This document shows positions 1 to 9,199 of a stretch of DNA of 64,000 nt, piece by piece (within the stretch, counting starts at the first letter, position 1; every line of letters starts with the position of its first letter). The stretch comes from Candidatus Latescibacterota bacterium (GTDB lineage: Bacteria > Latescibacterota > UBA2968 > GCA-2709665). The stretch covers positions 3,840,001 through 3,904,000 of the forward strand of contig OZ220733.1 of the NCBI GenBank assembly GCA_965116875.1, read 5' to 3'. Both the position numbers and the translations under genes were made by a program. The notes under the pieces are model-generated. The model was not told where the DNA came from and did no database searches. It worked only from the letters and a program-made list of their open reading frames with translations.

Positions 1-299
1 CTTACGCGTTCCTGAATGTCTTCAGGGGAGAGCACATACCCCCTGCTGTCCTTCGGCGGCACGTAGAAGGAGCAGAATCTGCAGAGCTTGTTGCAGATGT
101 TGGTGTAGTTGATGTGCTGGTTGCGCACGTACCAGGCCACGTTTCCGCAAAGACGTTCGCGGACGATATTGGCCATATATCCCACCGCATTGAGATTCAC
201 CGTATCGTAAAGGCGCATGCCGTCGGCGGCGGAAAGGCGTTCGCCAGCGATGACTTTCTCGTAGATATCGTAGAGTTCGCCAGGAATTTTCGGCTTCAC
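1..299 (-). CDS. mqnE: Aminofutalosine synthase MqnE / CofH-family radical SAM protein (5' part; runs off window start)
   Basis: Manual translation from GTG at 299 (AAGGAG upstream): MKPKIPGELYDIYEKVIAGERLSAADGMRLY...YVRNQHINYTNICNKLCRFCSFY. Contains CxxxCxxC and the INYTNIC motif of MqnE/MqnC/CofH. Not in the ORF track because it is truncated. Confidence 0.75.
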   Translation of the reverse strand, partial: MKPKIPGELYDIYEKVIAGERLSAADGMRLYDTVNLNAVGYMANIVRERLCGNVAWYVRNQHINYTNICNKLCRFCSFYVPPKDSRGYVLSPEDIQERV

Positions 300-357
300 C
301 GGGCACTCCTTCCGGCTCTGGCAGCGACCCGACGGGGGCGGGTCCGCCGGCGGGCCT

Positions 358-2058
358 TCAATTTTGACTGAGCAGTTCGCGGGCGTGTTCCATGGTAACG
401 GCAGATATTTTTTCTCCGCCCAGCAGCTTCGCGAGTTCCCTGGCGCGGTCTTCGTCGCCCAGGTGGATCACACGCGTGACGGTGCGGCCGTCCGAATCGT
501 CCTTGTGCACGGCCAGATGGGTGTCCGCCATTCGGGCGATCTGCGGCAGATGGGTAATACAGATGGTCTGGCGCGCGCGTGACAGGCTCTTGAGTTTCCG
601 TCCGACCACGTCCGCGATGCGGCCGGAAATACCGATATCGATCTCGTCGAAGATGAGAATCTGAACCGGATCCGATTTGGAAAGTACGGATTTCAGGGCA
701 AGCATGATCCGGGACACTTCGCCGCCGGAAGCCACCTTGACCAGCGGCCTGAGGGCTTCGCCGGGATTCGTGGAGATATGGAATTCAACGCGTTCGATGC
801 CCTTCGGGCCGGCCCGATACCGACGCTTGTCCAGGTTTATCCAACCGTCGGGCGACTCTTCCCGCGTAAGCGCAACGTGAAATTCGGCCCTCGGAATCCC
901 GAGGTCGCCGAGCGCCTCCGTCGTTTCACCGGAGAGTTCGCGTGCGGCGCCTTCACGCGCTCCCGAGAGCCGTGCGCACAGCTCCGTGAGGTCCGCGCGG
1001 GCGGCGTCGATTTCGCCTTCGATCTCCGTAAGCGAACGGTCCAGACGCTCTGACTGCGCCAGTTCCGCTTCCGCGTTCTCCCGGTGCTCGATCACCGCCT
1101 GAAGGCTGCCTCCGTATTTCTTCTTCAGATTCGCCAGGAGGTCCAGGCGACCGGTGACCTCCGCCAGGCGTTCGGGGTTATGTTCGACGCCCCGTGCGTA
1201 ATCCGCGAAAAAGCGGGCAAGTTCCTCTATCGCGTAGCGCTGCCCGGTCAATTCATCAGCCTGGGTTCCGAGCGATTCGTCCATCTGGACGGCGTCTTTC
1301 AGGAACTGCTCGGCCGCGCCCAGACGATCCACGATGGAGTCGTCGCCCTGGTAGAGCAGGGCTTCGAGGTGCATGGCGGTTTCGATCAGCCGTTCGGCAT
1401 GGGTAAGCAGCGAACGTTCCTGAAGGAGACGCTCGTCCTCGTCCGGTTCCGGGTCTGCCGCGGCGATTTCCTCAACCTGGAACTCCAGAAGCTCCCTCCT
1501 GTCACGCGACCGGAGGGCTTCGGCGCCGGCGTTCTCCCGCTTTTCCAGGAGGTCCGCCAGACGACCGTGGGCGACGCCGACCGAGTCTCTGAGTTCTCCC
1601 AGGCCGGCGAAGCCGTCCAGGAAATCGATATGACGTTCGGCATAAAGGAGGGACTGGTGATCGTGCTGTCCGTGCAGGTCAACCAGCGCTCCGGCCAGAT
1701 CGAGCAGGCTGCGGAGAGGCACGGCGAGGCCGTTGATGAAACTGCGGCTTCGACCATTCGCCACGACCTCCCTGCGAAGGATCAGTTCATCCTGATCGGC
1801 GTCGATGCCCATGGCGTCCAGGAGGCGCAGACACCGGTGATCCGGCCGCAACCGGATGATTGCCTCCACGAGACACCGTTTCTCGCGGCTCCGGACCACT
1901 TCCGGGCTGGCACGCATTCCGAGAACCAGGCCCAGCGCGCCGATGAGGATGGATTTACCCGCGCCGGTCTCGCCGGTGATGATGTTCAGCCCGGGTCCGA
2001 ATTCGATTTCAACCCTGTCGATCAACGCGTAGTTGACCACCAGCAGTCGGCAAAGCAC
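358..2058 (-). CDS. recN: DNA repair protein RecN
   Basis: Walker A TGETGAGKS, coiled coil, ASGGE signature, IFDEID and ITHLPQIA. Start trimmed to GTG 2058, just after the nadK stop. Confidence 0.95.
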   Translation of the reverse strand: MLCRLLVVNYALIDRVEIEFGPGLNIITGETGAGKSILIGALGLVLGMRASPEVVRSREKRCLVEAIIRLRPDHRCLRLLDAMGIDADQDELILRREVVANGRSRSFINGLAVPLRSLLDLAGALVDLHGQHDHQSLLYAERHIDFLDGFAGLGELRDSVGVAHGRLADLLEKRENAGAEALRSRDRRELLEFQVEEIAAADPEPDEDERLLQERSLLTHAERLIETAMHLEALLYQGDDSIVDRLGAAEQFLKDAVQMDESLGTQADELTGQRYAIEELARFFADYARGVEHNPERLAEVTGRLDLLANLKKKYGGSLQAVIEHRENAEAELAQSERLDRSLTEIEGEIDAARADLTELCARLSGAREGAARELSGETTEALGDLGIPRAEFHVALTREESPDGWINLDKRRYRAGPKGIERVEFHISTNPGEALRPLVKVASGGEVSRIMLALKSVLSKSDPVQILIFDEIDIGISGRIADVVGRKLKSLSRARQTICITHLPQIARMADTHLAVHKDDSDGRTVTRVIHLGDEDRARELAKLLGGEKISAVTMEHARELLSQN

Positions 2059-2060
2059 GG

Positions 2061-2927
2061 TCAGGACTCCTGCGGTTCCCGCCGGTCCAGGCTCCAGTCC
2101 AGCTTGCGCCTGAGCAACTGGTAAAAGGAGAGCCCCTGCAGGTTGATCAGACGCGTGGTATGGTCGGCCTGTCGGATGTGAATGCGTTCCTCGGACTGAA
2201 TGGGGGATACGATCGTGCCGTCGGCGGTGACCATGATATCGGTGTGTTCGGCGATGACCTGCACGGTGATCGACTGACGGCCCGGGATTACCGCGGGGCG
2301 CAACGAGAGCGAGTGTGCGCAAATGGGCGTGACAACGAACGCGCGCAGATCCGGATGGAGTATGGGTCCTCCCGCGGAAAGGTTGTAGCTGGTTGAACCG
2401 GTAGGGGTAGATACGATCATGCCGTTCCCGAAAAAGGAACTGAACGGCGTGTCGGAGACCCAGGACTTCACCTGGACGAGGCGGGCGAGTACTCCCTTTT
2501 CGATGACGAACTCGTTGAGCGCGAAGAAGGTCCTGTTTCCGATTTCCGCTTCCAGGACCATGCGTTCTTCGAGCTGGTATTCTCCCCGCTTCAATCTGCC
2601 CAGACTCTCCCTCAATTCTTCGGGCGCGGCTCCGGCCAGAAATCCCAGGCGGCCAAGATTGACGCCGAGAATGGGTTTCTGCGCGGTCTCGACGAGCCTG
2701 GCCGCCCTGAGTATTGTGCCGTCCCCACCCAGCGCAACGACAATATCCGAATAGCGGGCGAGGTCGGCGGCCGGTCGATAGGTGACCCGGTTGAACGCGC
2801 AGATTTTCTTTAACGGTTCCTCCAGAATGAGTTCGATGGCCTGATCGTGCGCGAGCTGAACGAAATTCTGGATGATGGGACCAATGCCGTCCCGTTCGAT
2901 ATATGCAAGAATGCCAATGCGTTTCAT
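2061..2927 (-). CDS. nadK: NAD(+)/NADH kinase
   Basis: GGDGT, GVNLGRLGFL, ALNE and STPTGSTSYNLSAGGP motifs. Confidence 0.95.
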   Translation of the reverse strand: MKRIGILAYIERDGIGPIIQNFVQLAHDQAIELILEEPLKKICAFNRVTYRPAADLARYSDIVVALGGDGTILRAARLVETAQKPILGVNLGRLGFLAGAAPEELRESLGRLKRGEYQLEERMVLEAEIGNRTFFALNEFVIEKGVLARLVQVKSWVSDTPFSSFFGNGMIVSTPTGSTSYNLSAGGPILHPDLRAFVVTPICAHSLSLRPAVIPGRQSITVQVIAEHTDIMVTADGTIVSPIQSEERIHIRQADHTTRLINLQGLSFYQLLRRKLDWSLDRREPQES

Positions 2928-3006
2928 AGGGTCCGGATGCCAGTGGAAAAGTACACTGATTCTACGCTATAAATGTACCCTGATTTCCCGGATCTCGCAA
3001 CCGGTG

Positions 3007-3255
3007 TTACTCTGCCCGTTGTTCTTCACCGGCATCCAGGTCGGTGAGACTGAAGTCGTTCCCGCTCTCGGCGGCCAGGACTTCAACGCGCTGCTTCGCC
3101 TCTTCCAGCCGGGCGCGGCAGAGATTTGACGCTCTCAGTCCCTCTTCGAAGAGACGGAGCGCTTCCGCCAGGGGCAGGTTTCCGGATTCCAGGGTTTCGA
3201 CCGCGGTTTCCAACTGCTTGAGCGCATCTTCAAACGTGGGTTCACCTTCGGCCAT
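3007..3255 (-). CDS. xseB: Exodeoxyribonuclease VII small subunit
   Basis: TFEDALKQLETAVETLESGNLPLAEALRLFEEG; follows xseA. Start trimmed to ATG 3255. Confidence 0.93.
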   Translation of the reverse strand: MAEGEPTFEDALKQLETAVETLESGNLPLAEALRLFEEGLRASNLCRARLEEAKQRVEVLAAESGNDFSLTDLDAGEEQRAE

Positions 3256-3292
3256 CTGACTCCTCATGGGGTTGCGTTGAAAAAGAGCTTCT

Positions 3293-4504
3293 TCAACAAT
3301 CCGCGGGGTTCCTGGCCAGAATGCCGTCGACCGTGCAGGTGATTTCGCCTTCCGACAGGCGAACCCGGACCCGATCGTCTTCGGCGAGGGATCCGGCGCG
3401 TGTAACCAGTTCATCGTTGTCTGCACGGTGCGTGAGGCTGTACCCACGGCTCAGGACGGAGAGGGGGCTCAGCGCCCCCAGTTCGCCGGTGTGGCGGAGG
3501 TACGACTCCAGACTCCTGTCGAATGTGCGCCGCACGCCGTTCTGAAGGCCTTTCTGAAGTTCGTCGACTGCCTGAATGCTCTGATGGATGTTGTCTTCAA
3601 CCTTTCGTAATCCGTACCGTCCCAGATAACTGTCGAGCAGATCCTGGTTTTCTTTCAGGTATCGATTGAGTGCGGCGTACGACCTCCCTGCGAGGTTCTG
3701 AATCCGTGCGCGCAACTCGCCTGCGTCGCGAACGGCCAGTTCGGCCGCCGCGGACGGCGTGGGCGCCCTGCAGTCCGCGGCGAGGTCCGCAAGTGTGACG
3801 TCGACTTCATGGCCTACGGCCGAAATCACCGGGATCCCGGAACCGCGGATGGCCCGCACGACGACTTCCGTGTTGAAAGCGGCCAGGTCTTCCGCGGAAC
3901 CCCCGCCGCGTCCCACAATCAGCACGTCGACCCTGCCGAAGGCATTCAGTTCGTCGATGGCCAGCGCGATGTCTTCCGGGGCTCCGGCGCCCTGAACCAG
4001 GGTGGGTCTGACCACGACGTTGACCCCGCGGAACCGCCTTTCCAGCACGTGCAGAATGTCTCTGATCGCCGCTCCCGTGCGCGAGGTAACCACGCCGATT
4101 GAAAGCGGGAACGCCGGTAGCGGACGCTTCCGCGCCTCGTCGAACAGTCCTTCCTCCTGAAGTTTGAGCTTCAACGCTTCCAGGGCGAGTTGCTGCTGCC
4201 CGCTGCCGGCCGGAAAGAGCTGGCTGACGTTCAACTGATACTCCCCGCTGCGTTCGTAGACCGTAATCCGTCCCCGGGCGAGCACCTTTACGCCGGCTTC
4301 GGGCCTGAAGGCAGGCGTGGCGGACCGCCACATGACACAGCGAAGCTGACAGTTCTGATCCACAAGCGTGAAATACCGATGCCCTGAAGCCGCCTGGTTG
4401 TATTGCGAGATTTCACCCACGATCCAGAGGACGGGGAACTCCGCTTCCAGGTTCCGTCGGATGGCCTGTGTTATTTCTGTAACGGTGTATGGTCGCGCCG
4501 CCAC
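3293..4504 (-). CDS. xseA: Exodeoxyribonuclease VII large subunit
   Basis: OB-fold GEIS..SGHRYFTL, GRGGGS.EDL, SAVGHEVD and APTPSAAAE motifs. Confidence 0.95.
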   Translation of the reverse strand: MAARPYTVTEITQAIRRNLEAEFPVLWIVGEISQYNQAASGHRYFTLVDQNCQLRCVMWRSATPAFRPEAGVKVLARGRITVYERSGEYQLNVSQLFPAGSGQQQLALEALKLKLQEEGLFDEARKRPLPAFPLSIGVVTSRTGAAIRDILHVLERRFRGVNVVVRPTLVQGAGAPEDIALAIDELNAFGRVDVLIVGRGGGSAEDLAAFNTEVVVRAIRGSGIPVISAVGHEVDVTLADLAADCRAPTPSAAAELAVRDAGELRARIQNLAGRSYAALNRYLKENQDLLDSYLGRYGLRKVEDNIHQSIQAVDELQKGLQNGVRRTFDRSLESYLRHTGELGALSPLSVLSRGYSLTHRADNDELVTRAGSLAEDDRVRVRLSEGEITCTVDGILARNPADC

Positions 4505-4506
4505 GT

Positions 4507-5307
4507 TCAGGCCTCCCGCCAGTCGACGCGCAATCTTTCAATACGCGTGGCTTTCCCGGTTTCGTCTTCGACTTCCACAATGACGCCGCAAAGCTTGACG
4601 TCGTTTTCAGCCGGTTCAAACCGCACAGGCATCCGGTCCAGAAACCGCTGGATAACGGCCTCCTTCCGGGCGCCGATCACGGAGTCGTGGGGGCCGGTCA
4701 TGCCGGCGTCCGACACGTAGGCCGTGCCGCCCGGAAGAATGCGCTCATCGGCGGTCTGTACGTGGGTGTGCGTGCCAAGTACGGCGCTGGCACGGCCGTC
4801 CATAAACCATCCATATGCGATTTTTTCGGAACTCGCTTCCGCATGAAAATCCACGACGATCACCGGAGTGCGTTGTCTCAGGCGGTCCACGATATCCCGT
4901 CCGACGCGGAAGGGGCAATCCAGGTCGAGCATATTGACCCGACCCTGCATGCAGACGACGCCGACCGGGGCGCCATTCGAGGCGTTGAAAATGCCGAAGC
5001 CGGCGCCGCCGACACTCTCCGGGAAGTTGGCAGGGCGCAGAACCCGGTCGGCGGCGAAAATGTACGGGATGTCGTCCTTCCGATCCCAGACATGGTTTCC
5101 GGTGGTGATTACGTCCGCCCCGTAGGCGAAGAGTTTCTTCGCGATGTTCTCGGTGATGCCGAAGCCGCCCGCGGCGTTTTCGCCGTTGGCAATGCAAAAG
5201 TCGATCCGGTGGCTTTCTTTGAGCCGGGGTATCAGTTCCGCGGCCGCCTTTCTGCCCGGCTTCCCGTAAATATCGCCCACAAACAGGATATTCAAAAGGA
5301 CACCCAC
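4507..5307 (-). CDS. ymdB: YmdB/TIGR00282-family metallophosphoesterase
   Basis: GDIYG, NGENAAGG, TGNH, DFHAEA.SEK and GTHTHVQT motifs; usual position downstream of rny. The true start may be a few codons later. Confidence 0.92.
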   Translation of the reverse strand: MGVLLNILFVGDIYGKPGRKAAAELIPRLKESHRIDFCIANGENAAGGFGITENIAKKLFAYGADVITTGNHVWDRKDDIPYIFAADRVLRPANFPESVGGAGFGIFNASNGAPVGVVCMQGRVNMLDLDCPFRVGRDIVDRLRQRTPVIVVDFHAEASSEKIAYGWFMDGRASAVLGTHTHVQTADERILPGGTAYVSDAGMTGPHDSVIGARKEAVIQRFLDRMPVRFEPAENDVKLCGVIVEVEDETGKATRIERLRVDWREA

Positions 5308-5458
5308 AATGAGCAGTCAAGGATTGACCGTGCGCAAGACGCACGACGGCGTATTGCTTTTCGTCCCGAGGGAGAGCCTGTAATGGCCCTGCGGACGCAA
5401 GGGATGCGGATGCCGCAGGAGAGTACACCCGGCAGCTGACCGGAGTCTCGCCGGCCGG

Positions 5459-7045
5459 TCAGCGTGCGAAATCCACCGAGCGCGTTTCTCTGATGACGGT
5501 GACCTTGACGGGACCGGGGCAGGTGGCGTCCTCGGTGAGGCGTGAAACGATCTGCGTCGCCAGGCGTTCCGTGTCTGCGTCGCTCATCATATCGGAGTCC
5601 GCAACCACACGGACTTCCTGTCCTGCCTTGATGGCGAAGACCGATTCCACGCCCTGCACCATCTTGGCGATGGACTCCAGGCGTTCCAGCCGCCGGACGT
5701 AATTCTCGATCTGTTCGCGCTGCGCGCCCGGCCGGGACCGGGATATGGAATCGGCGGCGTCCACAAGTACGGCGACCGGGGAAACGGGGTCCGAATCTCC
5801 ATGATGGGCTTCGATCGCGTTGATAACGATCGCGTCTTCGCCGTATTTGCGCGCCAGGTCAGCGCCGTTCTCACCGTACGTGCCCTCGGCCTCGTGCGCC
5901 AGCCCTTTTCCGATATCGTGGAGCAATCCCGCACGTTTTGCCAACTGGGCGTCCAGGCCGAGCGACGTGGCCATCATGCCGGTAAGGAAGGCCACCTCCT
6001 TGCTGTGATTCAACACGTTCTGACCGTAACTCGTCCGGTATTTGAGCCGGCCCAGGCAGGCGACGAGGCGATCGTGCAGGCCCGGTACGCCAGCGTCGAA
6101 TGCCGCCTGAACGCCGGCATCGTGCATGACCTCCTGAATGGACTCTCGCGATTTCTGAACAATTTCCTCGATCCGGCCCGGGTGGATGCGTCCATCCAGA
6201 ATCAGTTGCTCCATGGCAATCTGAGCAATCGCGCGGCGTATGGGATCGAACCCCGACAGGATGACTGCTTCCGGGGTGTCATCGATCGTGACATCCACGC
6301 CGGTTGCCATTTCAAAGGCGCGGATGTTTCGCCCCTCACGGCCGATGATTCGCCCCTTCATCTCGTCGGAAGGAAGCCGAACGACCGCAACGGTGGATTC
6401 AATGGTGTGATCGGCGGCCAGTCGCTGAATCGCTCCCGCGATAATCTCCCGGGCTTCGTCGTTGGCACGGACGAGCGCGTCGTCGCGGATTTCCTTGAGA
6501 CGCCATTCCGCATCCCGTTCCGCCGCCGCCTCCATATTGGCCATCAGGACGCGTTTCGCCTCGTCCTTCGTGAGTCCGGCGATTTGTTCCAGACGCCTGT
6601 TCTGCAACAGACGGCTCTGTTCGAGATCCCGTTCCCGGCCGGTGAGTTGCTCCTCCAGCTGCCGGAGTTGTTCATTCTTCTCCGTCGCCAGCTTCTCCTT
6701 GTCGTTCAGCAGATCCGCACGTTTGTCAAGCTGCCTTCTGAGACTGCTCAGCTTGATCTCCTCCCGCGCGGACCGATTGCGTTTTTCATCGAGTTCCTGT
6801 TCAAACCGGAGCTGCTCCTGCTGGATCCTGTCCTTGGCCTCCAGGACTGCGGTCCGCTTCATCGCGTCCGCCTCGTTCTGGGCATCTTCAAGAATCTTTT
6901 CCGCGGACAGTTCGGCGCGATGGATCTTGCTTTGCCCGATCTTGCCGCTGATCAGCCATCCCAGGATAAATCCCAGTACAAGCAGACCGGCCGACAGCAT
7001 GATGACCGTCACGACTCCCATGGTCGTATCTATCGGCAGGTTCAT
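5459..7045 (-). CDS. rny: Ribonuclease Y
   Basis: N-terminal TM anchor, coiled coil, KH domain (KGRIIGREGRNIR) and HD domain (LLHDIGK). Confidence 0.95.
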   Translation of the reverse strand: MNLPIDTTMGVVTVIMLSAGLLVLGFILGWLISGKIGQSKIHRAELSAEKILEDAQNEADAMKRTAVLEAKDRIQQEQLRFEQELDEKRNRSAREEIKLSSLRRQLDKRADLLNDKEKLATEKNEQLRQLEEQLTGRERDLEQSRLLQNRRLEQIAGLTKDEAKRVLMANMEAAAERDAEWRLKEIRDDALVRANDEAREIIAGAIQRLAADHTIESTVAVVRLPSDEMKGRIIGREGRNIRAFEMATGVDVTIDDTPEAVILSGFDPIRRAIAQIAMEQLILDGRIHPGRIEEIVQKSRESIQEVMHDAGVQAAFDAGVPGLHDRLVACLGRLKYRTSYGQNVLNHSKEVAFLTGMMATSLGLDAQLAKRAGLLHDIGKGLAHEAEGTYGENGADLARKYGEDAIVINAIEAHHGDSDPVSPVAVLVDAADSISRSRPGAQREQIENYVRRLERLESIAKMVQGVESVFAIKAGQEVRVVADSDMMSDADTERLATQIVSRLTEDATCPGPVKVTVIRETRSVDFAR

Positions 7046-7064
7046 TCAGGTCTCCCCGTATGAT

Positions 7065-7148
7065 CAGCCCGTTGAAAACGTCCATCCGGTCTACCTGCCT
7101 GCCAGGACTTCACTGGCAGGCCCGCAGAGCGACTTTGTCAACGGACTG
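7065..7148. mobile_element. MITE-like repeat family A, short variant
   Basis: Ends CAGCCCGTTGAAAACGTC and GACTTTGTCAACGGACTG match the copies at 15431, 33914 and 56224. Centre is a different hairpin (CCTGCCAG..CTGGCAGG). Confidence 0.75.
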
Positions 7149-7171
7149 TTATGGGAACCACGCAAAAAAAA

Positions 7172-7252
7172 CCCGCTGGCATTCATCCGGTTCCGTACAT
7201 CCCGTCCGGGCGGGAGCGTCCGCTCCGGATGGTTACAGATGAACGCAGCAGG
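7172..7252 (-). ncRNA. Putative compact 6S-like / structured RNA
   Basis: Minus-strand ends pair (CCUGCUGCGUUCAUCUG / CGGAUGAAUGCCAGCGGG) with an internal bubble and inner stem, followed by U8. Lies between zapA and rny, the usual ssrS position, but the core is only about 81 nt. Confidence 0.45.
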
Positions 7253-7322
7253 CAACACCGGAATCGATTATCCGGCAGGGGCGCCCTTGACGGCCGGCAC
7301 GCCCTTTTGTTTGAGGTCGTCT

Positions 7323-7607
7323 CTACGCGATCCGTTTCGTGAAAGATGCCAGATTGTGGGTCTGTTCGGTCAAGGTCTCTCCCATCTTCCGACTGGCTTC
7401 TTCCTCTCTGAGCAGTTCGTGCGCAAGATTCACGGCCGCAACAACTGCGATTTTGGCAACCGAACGTAGTGAAATGTAGTTTGCGACATCACGCATTTTC
7501 CGGTCCACGTGTCGAGCGACGGCCCGGGCATGGTCCGGGTCGCCTTCAGCGTGGATGTTGTATTCGGTGCCGAAGATCTGGACGCGTATTGCCGATTGTT
7601 CAGACAT
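7323..7607 (-). CDS. zapA: Cell division protein ZapA
   Basis: VQIFGTEYNI...VARHVDRKM...IAVVAAVNLAHEL. Start trimmed to ATG 7607. Confidence 0.9.
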   Translation of the reverse strand: MSEQSAIRVQIFGTEYNIHAEGDPDHARAVARHVDRKMRDVANYISLRSVAKIAVVAAVNLAHELLREEEASRKMGETLTEQTHNLASFTKRIA

Positions 7608-7674
7608 GAGTCCTCTAGACATCCGGAGGCGACGTGAAACGACGTGGTTCCATGTGGATGTCGACGTTGCTGTT

Positions 7675-8238
7675 CTACGCTGTGTTCACTGAATCCAGAC
7701 GCGAGATCATGGTTTCGATTTTGCGTTGGATCTCCTCCTTGTTCTCAATCAGGGAAGCATTGCTGTCGTAAATCGACCGGAGACGTTCCCGTTCGGCCTG
7801 CAACCCGTTGATCACCTGGTCCTGCTCTTCCAGCCGCTGCCGGAGTTCCCCGTTTCTCTGCTCGAGCCCGGCGATTTCCTCTCGTAACTGCCCGATAATG
7901 CCGACCGCGCGATCGATCTCGCCAAAAAGCAGATCCAGCTGACTGGAAACGAGATTTTCCGACTCCTGCCGGTCGTCCTCCGTTTGTTCGGCTTCCTGCT
8001 CACCGTCTGCCCGGTCGTCGAGTTCAATCTGTGGATCTTCCCGGCCATCCGGTTCCGACTGTTCGTCTGTCGGGTCGGGGGATTCGAAGGAACCGCTCTG
8101 CTGATCCTGCAGATCGAGTTGCCCGTCTGCCGGGCCGTCCGATTCCAACCGTTCGTCCGGTTCATTGACAGATTCGAAGGGTGCGCTGTCACTGGCTTCC
8201 GAATCCAGCTGTTTGTTTACCGGATCTTGCGCTTCCAT
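7675..8238 (-). CDS. ZapB-like coiled-coil protein with acidic N-terminal extension
   Basis: C-terminal ~85 aa heptad coiled coil ending KIETMISRLD; directly upstream of zapA; AAGGAG RBS. Confidence 0.65.
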   Translation of the reverse strand: MEAQDPVNKQLDSEASDSAPFESVNEPDERLESDGPADGQLDLQDQQSGSFESPDPTDEQSEPDGREDPQIELDDRADGEQEAEQTEDDRQESENLVSSQLDLLFGEIDRAVGIIGQLREEIAGLEQRNGELRQRLEEQDQVINGLQAERERLRSIYDSNASLIENKEEIQRKIETMISRLDSVNTA

Positions 8239-8445
8239 ATTCTCACCCTCTCCTTACTGACGCAATTCTCAGAAAGTCGTGCATTGAGGCGACAATGAAA
8301 CGTCTGTGCAACCCTACTACGCAATGTAACACGTCCAAGGACCAAAGTCAAGGACGGGATACCGGAAGCGAACGGATCGGGAACGGGATCGGAAGCGTTT
8401 CGAGGGGGCGCTGCTGCGGCAAGTTCCGTTGACCTGGCGGGCAAA

Positions 8446-8799
8446 TTACGTGTATTGGCGGGCCTGTTGGGCCAACGCGGAGAACGCCGCCGGATCCGTG
8501 ACGGCGAGGTTGGCCAGCACCTTTCTGTCAACAGAAATATCGGCCTTTTTCAGCCCGTTGATCAGGCTGCTGTACGAGAGCCCGTTCAGCCGGGCGGCGG
8601 CATTGATTCGTACGATCCACAACGATCGGAAATTTCTCTTTTTCTGACGACGGTCCCTGTATGCATAGGAAAGGGCCCGATTGACGGCGTCGTCCGCGGT
8701 GCGATACAGCTTGCTTCGCCCTCCGCGGTATCCGCGGGCGGCCTTCAGTACTTTCTTTCGTCTGCGTCGCGATGCAACGCTGTTCGTCGTTCTTGGCAT
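8446..8799 (-). CDS. rplT: 50S ribosomal protein L20
   Basis: [26 protein letters not shown]...[14 protein letters not shown]. Confidence 0.98.
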   Translation of the reverse strand: MPRTTNSVASRRRRKKVLKAARGYRGGRSKLYRTADDAVNRALSYAYRDRRQKKRNFRSLWIVRINAAARLNGLSYSSLINGLKKADISVDRKVLANLAVTDPAAFSALAQQARQYT

Positions 8800-8929
8800 G
8801 TCGATTGTCTCCTGGTGGCGCCCGGCAGTCGTGCGCGCCGTGTCTGCTTCCGGATCGGTTCGTCCTGAATCTGAAAGCCGCCGAGATTACGATGGAAAGG
8901 CGCTTCCAATCTGAAACCGGTTCCGCCCG

Positions 8930-9124
8930 TCAGTTGGGAAGCAGGCGCTGAACCCGGTCCTGATCGGATTTGTGCACTACGGTGGGTTTGCGCAGGTGCA
9001 TCTTGCGTTTGCTGCTTTTGCTTGTCAGATTATGCGTGACCGTTGACTTCCCACGGCCAATGACGCCGGATTTCCGGCGCTTGAACCGCTTCGCCGCTCC
9101 CCGGTGGGTTTTCATTTTGGGCAC
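8930..9124 (-). CDS. rpmI: 50S ribosomal protein L35
   Basis: [15 protein letters not shown]; GTG start at 9124 with AAGGAG upstream. Confidence 0.97.
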   Translation of the reverse strand: MPKMKTHRGAAKRFKRRKSGVIGRGKSTVTHNLTSKSSKRKMHLRKPTVVHKSDQDRVQRLLPN

Positions 9125-9199
9125 GTTCAACTCCTTTGTAAGCTTCGTTGTCGACGTACAACGAATATGGAAACCGGCAGCCGGACCGGTCGGCGCACG

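Noticed and set aside
2059-2322. N-terminal extension of the recN ORF
   Set aside because: It overlaps nadK in another frame; RecN homology begins at GTG 2058.
8355-8400. Short GGAAC/GGATC-type repeats considered as a CRISPR or iteron array
   Set aside because: Units are about 6 bp, degenerate and have no spacers; no cas or rep gene is present.
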